This document shows positions 53,321 to 64,000 of a stretch of DNA of 64,000 bases, piece by piece (within the stretch, counting starts at the first letter, position 1; each line of letters opens with the position of its first letter). Position numbers and translations under genes: made by a program. The notes beneath the pieces were generated by a model. It was not told where the DNA came from. It saw only the letters and a list, made by a program, of their open reading frames with translations, and searched no databases. This stretch comes from Octopus sinensis (taxonomy: Eukaryota), in NCBI RefSeq assembly GCF_006345805.1, contig NC_042999.1, positions 93,620,001 through 93,684,000 of the forward strand. Reading direction: 5' to 3'.

Positions 53321-55259
53321 TAAGGTATGTAGAAAAATACAACATGGACAAGAACGTATAACAGATAGAAGACGATACAATAAACATGGACAGGACATTC
53401 GGACCCCTCAGTCTTCAGTCAAGAACCGGATCATCGTAGTAATTTCGGCTGATTAATCTTGAGATTACTAGATCACGGCCAGCCCTCCAAGAAAAACTAA
53501 GCTGGAAGCGTAGATTTCCTGGAAGAAGGATCGAATGCATACGAACACCAGGACAGCAAAAGGGACAGATATAAAAAAAACAAAAAACAATAATGGAATA
53601 CAGAAACATGAAATACAGAAGCATTAACGGTGAAAACAACAAGTGTCTTACGACTGATAACAAGCAAACAAATTTTTTCTCTGGCGCATTGGAAAAAGCC
53701 TTTATAGCGGCGGACGAAGAACAACGATGTTAACACGACGAGGGTCAGGAGCTGAAAGGCAGATTTCGGCCAACAGTCACGTGACAGAGAAGAGGGAAAA
53801 GAAAAGAAAGAGAGAGAGAGAAAAGGGGGACAAAACGCAACAAAGAGAGAGAAGAGAGAGAAAGAAGGAATCAGAGAGGAGAAGGGATGGGTGTCGAAGA
53901 ATGACCTGTGAGTGCAGAGCGAGACAAAGAAATAGGAGGGTAGTGGAAGACTAGACCAAAGGATCAGAGGAAAGAGAAGATGAATAGAGAAAGTGAGTAG
54001 AGAGAAAGATGAATAGAGAGAAAGAGAGAAAGTAAATGAGAGAGAGAGAGAGACAAAACGAGAGTCGTACCAATTATTAAGAATATGTGTTCACATTAAT
54101 GATAAAGGGGGTACGGGGCGCCTGGAATATATGTTAAGGTATGTAGAAAAATACAACATGGACAAGAACGTATAACAGATAGAAGACGATACAATAAACA
54201 TGGACAGGACATTCGAACCCCTCAGTCTTCAGTCAAGAACCGGATCATCGTAGTAATTTCGGCTGATTAATCTTGAGATTACTAGATCACGGCCAGCCCT
54301 CCAAGAAAAACTAAGCTGGAAGCGTAGATTTCCTGGAAGAAGGATCGAATGCATACGAACACCAGGACAGCAAAAGGACAGATATAAAAAAAACAAAAAA
54401 CAATAATGGAATACAGAAACATGAAATACAGAAGCATTAACGGTGAAAACAACAAGTGTCTTACGACTGATAACAAGCAAACAAATTTTTTCTCTGGCGC
54501 ATTGGAAAAAGCCTTTATAGCGGCGGACGAAGAACAACGATGTTAACACGACGAGGGTCAGGAGCTGAAAGGCAGATTTCGGCCAACAGTCACGTGACAG
54601 AGAAGAGGGAAAAGAAAAGAAAGAGAGAGAGAGAAAAGGGGGACAAAACGCAATAAAGAGAGAGAAGAGAGAGAAAGAAGGAATCAGAGAGGAGAAGGGA
54701 TGGGTGTCGAAGAATGACCTGTGAGTGCAGAGCGAGACAAAGAAATAGGAGGGTAGTGGAAGACTAGACCAAAGGATCAGAGGAAAGAGAAGATGAATAG
54801 AGAAAGTGAGTAGAGAGAAAGATGAATAGAGAGAAAGAGAGAAAGTAAATGAGAGAGAGAGAGAGACAAAACGAGAGTCGTACCAATTATTAAGAATATG
54901 TGTTCACATTAATGATAAAGGGGGTACGGGGCGCCTGGAATATATGTTAAGGTATGTAGAAAAATACAACATGGACAAGAACGTATAACAGATAGAAGAC
55001 GATACAATAAACATGGACAGGACATTCGAACCCCTCAGTCTTCAGTCAAGAACCGGATCATCGTAGTAATTTCGGCTGATTAATCTTGAGATTACTAGAT
55101 CACGGCCAGCCCTCCAAGAAAAACTAAGCTGGAAGCGTTGATTTCCTGGAAGAAGGATCGAATGCATACGAACACCAGGACAGCAAAAGGGACAGATATA
55201 AAAAAAACAAAAAACAATAATGGAATACAGAAACATGAAATACAGAAGCATTAACGGTG
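53321..55259. repeat. Near-identical tandem array, 813-814-bp unit x about 2.4
   Basis: Units start at 53321, 54135 and 54948; the third ends after 312 bp. Only a few substitutions and 1-2-bp indels were seen. Confidence 0.97.
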
Positions 55260-55270
55260 CAATTATAATT

Positions 55271-55430
55271 ATAGGGCCAGGCGTGGCTATGTGGTAAGTA
55301 TTTTGCTTGTCAACCACTTAGTTCCAGATTTATTGACTCTATTTGCCAAATGTTCCGTCGTGTACCGCGGGGCACACCGAAACTTTGTGCGTGGATTTGG
55401 TAGACGGAAAGTGACAAAAGCCCGTCGTAT
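55271..55430 (+). mobile_element. SINE family A, 5' part
   Basis: ggcgtggctatgtggtaagta..gtggatttggtagacggaaagtgacaaaagcccgtcgtata. Confidence 0.8.
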
Positions 55431-55479
55431 ATACATACATACATACATACATGCATACATACATACATACACACACACA

Positions 55480-55531
<52 letters not shown>

Positions 55532-55589
55532 CACACACAGATTGTGTGAGAGAGAGATGGATATTACATGTGTGTCCGTGTGCGTGTGA

Positions 55590-55985
55590 TCAACAGAAGA
55601 GGGCCAATCATTCTTCATGACAATGCTTGAGCACATGTGTCACTAATGACGCTCCAGAAGTTAAGGGAACTTGGGTACAAAGCTCTTCCAGTTCTCCCCT
55701 ACCCAGCTTATTCCTCAGACCTTTCTCCTACCGGTTACCCACATTTGAAGCGCCTCGATGGGTTCCTGCGAGAGAAAGAGTTCGAACCGATGCTTAAAGT
55801 GCGTTCATCATCTCCAGAACTCCAGATTTTTATGCTAGCGGATTAAACGTACTTGTAATTCTTTGGCAAAAATGTGTTGATTTTAATGGTAATTACTTTG
55901 ATGAATAAAACTTCCGTATTGTTGAAATATATTGTGATGAATTTCATGTTTAAAAACGTTGCTTACTTTTTAACTCAGCCTGATA
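55590..55985 (+). mobile_element. Mariner transposase 3' fragment (pseudogene)
   Basis: NRRGPIILHDNA*AH (second D) and LPYPAYSSDLSPTGY (YSPDLAP motif), followed by a TIR-like end. Confidence 0.8.
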
Positions 55986-56967
55986 TAAATATATACACGT
56001 ATGTCTGTATTTATTTGAGGATTTGTTTGGATCATTGTTTTCCCTAACACTGATCTTTGTTACGTCATCGTATTTTGCAGGTTCAACCAAAGCTTTACAT
56101 CAATACGGCCGCAAGAGATAAAAAGACTTGTATATCCATGATGCATATGCATGCGTCTCTACAGACATGTGTTTGTGTGTGTTTATGTGTGTGTGTGTGT
56201 GTGTGTGTGCGTGTGTGTGTGTGTGTGTGTGCGTGTGTGTGCGCGTGTCTACATATAGTAGCAAGTTCACATATAGAAGCAAGTCTGTGGTAATACATCT
56301 ATTGCCAAAGATTACTGTCCTTAGATATGGCCAGAACAACTTATATTTCGTCCTTATATTTATCTCTAAGTTTTTCTTACATCTGGCTCGCTAATCTATA
56401 TATTTTAACCTCCTCCTCTGCACCAAAATTTTGATATGTTTCCCTTCTTCCTTTTTTTCCTTTTTCCCCTTTTTTATATTTTTCCCTGTTTTTCTTTTTT
56501 ACCATTTTCCCTTTATTTTATTTCTTAACTCTTTTCCTCTTCTTTTTTGTTTTTCTCTGCGCAAGAAATTTTATTAAAGGATTAATCGTTTATTTATCGA
56601 ATTATTCTTTCAAATACCCTTCTGGAAACCATGTTATACATCTTTATCTTTCCAATGATACATTTATTTTTCTGTTTTATTGCCCCTGCTCCACTCGTTT
56701 TTAGTTTGGCAGATTTTCTGATGTTATTCAGGCAGATATTATTTCTGAAGCATATTTGTGCTTATCGTTATAGATTTAAATATCGACTGACGGGAATAAA
56801 ATTTCATAACTATTCAAAGCATACGAAATAAATATATTCAAACTTACAACATTACTTTTTGTAATTATTGTTGTATACACACATTATATGCATACATTCA
56901 AACCTACATTAATATATACATACATACACACATACTTGCACACACATATAGTTAAAGAAGTGTAAAA

Positions 56968-57010
<43 letters not shown>

Positions 57011-57496
57011 GTATTTATAAACAGATATATATAAGGAAATGTTAATGTATAAATTTTATAATACAAGCAACAATTAAAATTGATATTACACCATGTTGTT
57101 TCTTCAAATTATCTCTTTCAAGAAAGTGATTTATAGTATACATACATTCAGTTCACGAAATATACGTAAAATATATGCCACTAATTTATAATACAACAGT
57201 TAGTCTTGGAGTAAAGTGATATTATGAAACTCATATTATGTAATAGCGTAGAGTTTAACAAATATATCAAATGCATTGATAAATTTTACCACTGTTTAAG
57301 CGTTTGGTGGTCTTCTGTGAGTGTATGCGCGTATACACACAAACAGATTTGGTCTAATGTAGAGCTTTCACACTTTCCATATTTACAGCTTTTCAGTTTT
57401 GTGAATATATTCAATTATAATCAAGTAACATACCAAATCCATATATTTGACTCTGCTCTCAAGTCAAATAAATGCTTCATGTGTGTGTGTACGCGT

Positions 57497-57578
<82 letters not shown>

Positions 57579-58169
57579 GTACACACAAACACACCCACAT
57601 ATAAATAATGCCGTAACTATATTAATATTTGACCCTTATTGTTAGCGAAAAAATACTATATAAATATATGAGCCAGTTTCAATGGAGATTATATGAGTTG
57701 TTGCTTTCCAACTCGACTGAGAAAAAAATAGTATTACGTTTATTTGAGGGTGATAAATGATGTAAAAGTTACTCAGTAATTAGGTTTTGCACCAGCTGAA
57801 CTATGAGTGAATGTATTACAACCGTATCAAGTCCTAGTTAAATTGCAATGTTTAATTTTAAACATTCAGGCATCTATTACTAGTGGTGACGGGTAAGAGT
57901 CTCTCGATCATTCAACATTATACCAATAATTAAATTGGAATTATTTTGCAAATCTATATCGAAATTGACAATTTTGATTAACAACGGAGTACTTCAACAT
58001 GCATTAATACATGTACAAATTAATACATTCACATTTCCCTCAACAAGAATATACTCAAAGCTAGCAGTTATAATACATACACAAAACACATATAATTCTG
58101 AGTTGAATCAGTATGGCGTAAACAAAATTATTTGATGTGCTCTGCTAAAAGTGTTATTGATGAAATCGA

Positions 58170-58345
58170 ATGTTGGTTTCAAATTTTCGCACCAGTTCGA
58201 TTAATTCGAGGAAAAGAGTAGGTCGATTACATCGAGCCCGGTTTTCAACTGGTACGTATTTAATTAACCCCGAAGGAAAAAAAATCGACAGTGCTGGCAT
58301 TTGAACTCAGCACGTATAATTGGAATAAAATGTCCCCAGACTTGT
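58170..58345 (-). mobile_element. SINE family B, degenerate
   Basis: aactggtacgtatttaattaaccccgaagg..atttgaactcag is the reverse complement of the family B core. Confidence 0.65.
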
Positions 58346-58829
58346 GACCTAAAGTAATAGATTTCTGCTATCATACGAAAAGGGTTGTATGTTCCCTTGA
58401 AAATATCTCACCAGTATTTTTGGTGAGATTATTGTAACTGTTATTCATGTTGGTGTCGTTGATTTTGCTTTTATCAGTCCAAATCAAGTGCCTGTATAAT
58501 AAAACGATAAGTAGTTTCGTAATAATGTGCATCCATTCTCACAACAGGGCCTTCTTCATCACATTCCTTAGTACAGATGTTTTTGTTTAATTGTAATCTA
58601 TCAAGTGAGCCAATAATTGTCTAGTTAGATTTTTGTTTTGTTTCCTGTTTACATATAGGGAAGACAGAAATATGCAATACAAAATTCATCAGTGTATATA
58701 GACAGTTACATATATGCATACATACATGCATACATACATACATACATACATACATACATACATACATACATACATACATACATACATACATACATACATA
58801 CGTACACAGACAATACAAGACAACAATGC

Positions 58830-59216
58830 TACAATACCACGTGGGTCCGCGTTCAGTACACTTCGTGTCAGCTTGGGCAAGAGCCTTCTACTAAAGCCTT
58901 GGAACAAGCAAATCCTTGCGCGTGGAATTGGTAGAAGGGAAGTGAAAGAAATCTTTCGTATATAAATGTGTTTGTGTGTGTCTGTTTGTCCACCCTCCAC
59001 AGCTTGACAACCGATGTTGATATATATATATATATATGTCCCCGTAACTTAGCGGTTCGGCAAAAGTAACAAAACAAATACACTAAGTACTAGGTTTACA
59101 GAGAATAAGTCCTGAAGACAATTTCTTCGTCTAAAACCCTTTAAAGTGGTGCTCTAACATTGCCGCAGCCAAATGACTGAAATAAGTAAAAAATAAAAAA
59201 ATAAAGGAATAAAAGT
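58830..59216 (+). mobile_element. SINE family A, near full length
   Basis: cttgggcaagagccttctacta..ccccgtaacttagcggttcggcaaaag..gccgcagccaaatgactgaaataagtaaaa. Confidence 0.8.
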
Positions 59217-60138
59217 ATGTATACTGACATGGTCAATTTTGTTGGTGCAATTTATGCACCTCCAGTATTTGGGGCGGCATCCTCTATATCAAAGAGGACT
59301 GCCGCCACCAGCCAGCATATATTTATTTCGGGGGCACCTCCTCAATTTTATTTTGTAACGCGCAGGAATTCTTCTGTTTTTAGTGGCATTGTGGAATGGT
59401 GTTTTGCTTCTTCCTCTGTTGCAAAACGTACTTCTGTCGAAGCATCTTCCTCGTGTCAAATAGGTTTTCCTGTCCCATATTGGATTTTAATGCTATTTCA
59501 CTTGCTGTTGCGTTGCTCGTTCCACTCTTTGTATTTTAATATTTAATGTTCTATAGATTACGGTTTTTTTTGTCTGAGTTTCTTCTATTAGTTGTTGTGG
59601 GGTGTTAAGGAAAATATTATTTTTTCTTCCTTAACAAACCCTTTACAATTTTTAAATCGTCAATAGTTAAATGAAATAACTGCTTGGTTTGTTTCGCCGC
59701 CGAGGCGAAACCGTTGCCGCTTGGTTAGTCATTGTTCTTCTTGTTTGATTCTTCCTTTCCGTTTGTCTTTACTGTGTTCATGTCGGTGGTGACGTTGGCG
59801 GCGTTTTCAACACTTACTTTTTCCTTTTCTATGTTAGTGCTGGTGCTGTTCGTGATGTTCGTACTTTTGTTGTTCAGAGGCAGGAAATCTTGGCTGTATT
59901 GGCCGCCAGAACAGCAACAGCCACTCCCCTCGATAGAGGAAGCCATTGAAAAAACAAAAAATTTTAATGGACAAAAAAATCCAAAATTCACCCCTAAGAG
60001 GGGTAAATTTTCAACAGAAGGACCCCTTCTGCACGCCAAAAGGGGTTCGGAAAACAAAAACAAACAAAAAAGTTTGAAAAAAGAAACAAAAATTCCAAAC
60101 TCACGGAGCACTGAAAACACATCTTGACTCGCCGACAA
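59217..60138 (-). mobile_element. Tx1/L1-like LINE 5' UTR and ORF1 N-terminus
   Basis: ORF 59725-60138(-) is Asn/Thr/Lys-rich, followed by SGNGFASAAK, VRFATEEEAK and KIEEVPPEINICWLVAAVLF, which matches IPPEINIGW at about 14270. Confidence 0.65.
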
Positions 60139-60144
60139 CTCTTT

Positions 60145-60389
60145 ACTCTTTTCAGTCTTTTACCCTCTTACTTGTTTCAGTCATTTTACTGCGGCCATAC
60201 TAGAGCTTCGATTTTAGTCGACAAAAACGCCCCCAGGACTTATTCTTTGTAAGCCTAGTACTTATTCTATCGGTCTTTTTTACCGAAACGCTAGTTACGG
60301 GGACGTAAACTCACCAGCATCGGTTCCCTTCTCAAGCGATGTTGGGGGACAAACATAGACATACAAACATATACACACACATACATACA

Positions 60390-60432
<43 letters not shown>

Positions 60433-60439
60433 TATATAC

Positions 60440-60482
<43 letters not shown>

Positions 60483-60486
60483 TATG

Positions 60487-60570
<84 letters not shown>

Positions 60571-60740
60571 TATATACGACAGGCTTCTTTCAGTTTCCGT
60601 CTACCAAATCCACTCACAAGGATTTGGTCGGCCCGAGGTTATAGCAGAAGACACTTGCCCAAGCTGCCACGCAGTGACACTAAATCCAGAACTATGTGGT
60701 TAGTAAGCACGCTACTTACCACAAAGCCACTTCTGCGCCT
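60145..60740 (-). mobile_element. SINE family A, full length with an expanded internal (TA)n
   Basis: Head aggcgcagaagtggctttgtggtaagtagc at 60739; tail gactgaaacaagtaagag..gtaaagag at about 60145. Confidence 0.88.
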
Positions 60741-60744
60741 AGAG

Positions 60745-61500
60745 AAAAAGATGGCTATGGATGACTAAAAGTGATTTAAAACCGGAAACGGAGGCTATAA
60801 TCTGTGCTGCTCAAGAGCAGGAACTAAGAACGAATATACTACACATCAGAAAGTAATAAGTGCAGAATTTGTGGACAAAATAGTGAAACTGTATAGCATA
60901 TTACCAGTCAATGTATGCCACTAGCCCAGAAAGAATATAAGAGACGTCATGACAATATAGCAAGGATTCTCCATTGGAATTTTGCAACAAGTATGGACTT
61001 GACAGAACAACAAACTGGTACGAACATAAACCCGAAGTCATAATCGAAAATGATAATGCAAAGATCCTATAGGATTTTATGATTCAGTGCGACCATGAGA
61101 TAGAGGAAAGGAAGCCGGACATTGTGTTAATTAAGAAAGAAAGTAAACAATGCTGGATCATAGACATAGCAAGCTCAGCAGACAACAAGGTAAGCGGTAA
61201 GGAAGGACGAAAAGTTGATAAATATGACAGGCTAGCTTGGGAGTTTAAGAAGTTGAGGTCGATGAGAAAGGTTGCAGTAATACCAATAATTGTCGGAGTC
61301 TTAGGAACAGTGATTAAAAATCTTGAAAAGTACATGGAACAAATAGGGTTTGCAATAAGGGTGGAACACTTGCAGAAAACAGCACTGCTTGGAACCGCTG
61401 GAATACTCCGGATGGTGCACGAAAAAAAGGGTTGTCACCTTAGTTAACTGGTAGTGAACAGCTGTCACCGTAGTATATATAGTGTTAGAATCTATGCAGA
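60745..61500 (+). mobile_element. R4/Dong-like 3' fragment (Zn knuckle plus restriction-like endonuclease)
   Basis: ORF 61079-61447: IQCDHEIEERKPDIVLIKKESKQCWIIDIA..K..KYDRL..IPIIVGVLG..LQKTALLGTAGILR. Followed by taataataataat. Confidence 0.88.
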
Positions 61501-61554
61501 TTATGAATGATAATAATAATAATAATAGATATGATAAATATATTGTTATTATTA

Positions 61555-61607
<53 letters not shown>

Positions 61608-61859
61608 GATCAAGGATATTTTGAGCAGGATGGACTACTCAACTTGAAGAAAATTTTAACTGGGCCTAACTTCTAAAGTCATGTGCTGCCTATCTTGATA
61701 TGAGATGGTCACGTCGCGGACATATGATTGAGATGCATGTGTTTTGTGTATTCTCATCTGACGGGTAGTCACGATGGGTATACTGGGTTTCGTATATTTC
61801 ACCCCGCTATCACGTTGATAGCATGCACTGCTCTCTCACTCAATAATAAAAGTAAGAAT

Positions 61860-62065
61860 AATGATTTTAATTTTTGGCACAAGGTCAACAATTTCGGGGG
61901 AAGAATTAGTCAATTCTATCGACTCTAGCGCTCAATTGATACTTAGTTTATCAACCCCGAAATGATGAGTGGCAAAGCCAGCCTCGGCGCAATTTGAAGT
62001 CAGAAGGTAAAGACGGACGAATTATAATTAGTCTGGCATGCTAACAATTCTGCCAGCTCACCCAA
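61860..62065 (-). mobile_element. SINE family B, near full length
   Basis: Reverse complement gggtgagctggcagaattgttagcatgccag..tctgacttcaaattgcgccgaggctggctttgcc..ttcggggttgataaactaagtatcaatt. Confidence 0.8.
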
Positions 62066-62139
62066 TAATGTGTGTATGTATGTATGTATGCATGCATACA
62101 CACGTGATTATATTAACTGTTATCTACATAGTGAATGGT

Positions 62140-62460
62140 GGGGGCAGAGTGGAAAACGTAGGAGGGAGTTTTTATTGATTCTAATTTGGCGAGAAAATCT
62201 TAACTCTTGCTTCATGGAAGCGAGATTGAAATATATATTATGAGAAATGGAAGTGCTTTTTGGTATTTGTCAAGGAGAGAAGAGGAAAGAAAGAGATGGG
62301 AATGAGATTCAACGAGTCTATAAAAGCCGGGGTAGAATTGGGAGACATATCAGTAGAAATAGTTATTTCATCGTTGGTAAACGATTCTGAGCGATGTCTG
62401 ATGTATTTTCCAGAGCAGCGTATGAAATTTACTGACACTTGTACATTTGTGAGTGGTTCA
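62140..62460 (-). mobile_element. Possible GIY-YIG (PLE) endonuclease relic
   Basis: CSGKYIRHRSESF resembles C...YIG.T.R.; SRFHEARVKIFSPN resembles L.EA..I....P.LN. Weak match. Confidence 0.3.
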
Positions 62461-63302
62461 ATTAAATATAACATATTAAATATAACATATTCAATGTGGA
62501 TTATCAATAATAGTAAAATACTATCGAATATGTTTCATGTCCAATGAAGACAAATCACCTCTTGTATCTCCAAGAAGGCATATTTAGTGCTACATGTATC
62601 ACTTCATTTTAATTTTATTTTACAACTTTCAGTTAGTGTCTTGTTATATTTGTATACTGCCTTCGAATGTGTAGTACAAAGACTTTGGCCGTCAATGTTA
62701 TTGAAGAGTAAATACTTTAGTAAATGCCAAATAATTAAGTCTCGTGAATTTAATATAATTTAAAACATTAAAAATGAATAAAAATATGCTAAATCTGATT
62801 TCCATAGTCGCCAACGCTGTCCATAATACAATGTCTATATTTTCGAGAAAACGTTTGTAACAGGAATATAAATTAACCATGAAAGCATGACAGTTTATAA
62901 TTGCAGTGATTCATCTCTACAAGAGTTCATTCTAAATATAACCGGTCGAAAAAATCTGGCGCTGCATTGAATATTACTAATAAACATAACAAATATGAAA
63001 ATCGAAAGGAGAGAAATTACATATGATATGTTTTTGCAAAGAAATCATATAAATTCTAGGACTAATTGCCAAGTTGTTATTGATCTTATCGATTCACAAA
63101 CGCCCGACAAAATTATGCTTCATCTTACTTTTAAATTACTTGGTCACATTTTCGCCATCGTGGATTTAATAAATAGATGTTTTAATGGTCATAGAATAAG
63201 CGTATTTGCATTATTCATTTAAATAAGTTAAGCATAAGTTTAATGTTATCATAATACTCTTGAATATTAGCAAGGTATTTTGATTGAGCTATATTCAAGT
63301 AT

Positions 63303-63450
63303 GTAGACGCAGTGTAATGGGATACTTAGGAGGCTTGTTCCCAACCACAATGTTTCTGTTTCGATTCCACTGCAAGACACATTGAGCAACAATTATTTTC
63401 TAAAGCCTCGTGTTGACCCTCAATGTGCAAGTGAAACTGGCTGAATGAAA
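63303..63450 (+). mobile_element. SINE family A, old degenerate copy
   Basis: cttgttcccaaccacaatgtttctgtttcgattccactgcaagacacattgagcaa resembles the family A head. Confidence 0.45.
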
Positions 63451-63499
63451 ATATAAGGCCATGATTCAAAAACATTCAGTATAATGCGTTCAATCAATC

Positions 63500-63710
63500 A
63501 AGGCTATCCCTTTCACATTCTCTATAGATGAGGGTCCTGGAGCCATTAATGCGGAATGTGAGGTTTCAAGTGGTACCTTGCCAGAACTAAACTGGTAGGC
63601 ATCTGCGCCCGCTTATGCCGACGAGGACGGCGTGAGAGTATCGGAACTCATTCAGGTCGATAAGAACTTGAGAAAAGGGACAAGCCAGTGAGGTTATTCT
63701 TCCCCAGATG
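63500..63710 (+). mobile_element. Tx1/L1-like RT fragment
   Basis: VLEPLMRNV, then SAPAYADEDGVRVSELIQV, a YADD-like motif with the expected upstream EPL motif. Confidence 0.45.
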
Positions 63711-64000
63711 TACATCGAAAGGAAACTATATCTGAAAGTTACAGTGAAGATGGAAAAGTTCACATTGCGTCTGTCATCAAATACCTTCTGACTTCACAGC
63801 TATTCTCTGCTTCATTGGTTATCAAACAGGAGCGCTTGTGGTCTATAACATATTATGCCATAAAGTACTGGAACTCATCCCAAATGTTTTTTAAAACGTA
63901 GACTAGGGAACACACAAAGCTCAAGATTTGTGCTATAAGGTGCACTAATAAACCTGATGATATTCATGGCGTAATAGGAGAATATTGACACTCAAGAAGA

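Noticed and set aside
54190-54290. Hammerhead-like words in the 813-bp unit (minus-strand CTGAAGA..CGAAT and CTCAAGA..CCGAAA)
   Set aside because: The first lacks GAAA and stems I/III, and the second has a mutated core and no stem II or stem I. No valid topology could be built by hand.
53321-55259. CRISPR-like or LTR-retrotransposon interpretation of the repeat array
   Set aside because: Units are contiguous and about 813 bp with no unique spacers, no TG..CA termini, no primer-binding site and no gag/pol.
59697-59722. 8-bp hairpin gtttcgcc-gccga-ggcgaaac
   Set aside because: It lies within LINE ORF1 coding sequence (GFASAAK) and is short enough to arise by chance.
59732-60127. 131-aa plus-strand ORF with an apparent transmembrane N-terminus
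   Set aside because: It is the antisense of the A-rich Tx1-like 5' UTR/ORF1; the hydrophobicity comes from T-richness.
62260-62547. 95-aa plus-strand ORF with a gtgagt donor-like site at about 62448
   Set aside because: No good acceptor or recognisable homology, and the opposite strand resembles a GIY-YIG relic.

Overview
AT-rich eukaryotic DNA crowded with microsatellites and decayed transposons. The SINE families, dense (TA)n/(TAA)n/(TATG)n arrays and mix of R4/Dong, Penelope, RTE and Tx1 elements suggest a coleoid cephalopod, probably Octopus (inference from repeat recognition, no search run). I found no host protein-coding gene, RNA gene or CRISPR array that I can support. Most ORFs in the track are microsatellite translations or transposon fragments. 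Supported content: about 8 R4/Dong-like (RT plus restriction-like endonuclease) retroelement pieces, mostly abutting (TAA)n; 2 Penelope-like remnants; Tx1/L1-like, RTE, Helitron and mariner remnants; 3 SINE families; several MITEs; and a near-perfect 813-bp tandem array. The most notable structures are base-resolved rearrangements: a 195-bp fold-back palindrome at a Dong 5' junction, a duplication with a templated insertion at 15.85-16.4 kb, a same-strand stack of Dong copies in TAA tracts, and a possible decayed hammerhead ribozyme downstream of a Penelope element. I see no convincing evidence of a wholly new biological system. Element boundaries are approximate unless exact junctions are quoted.
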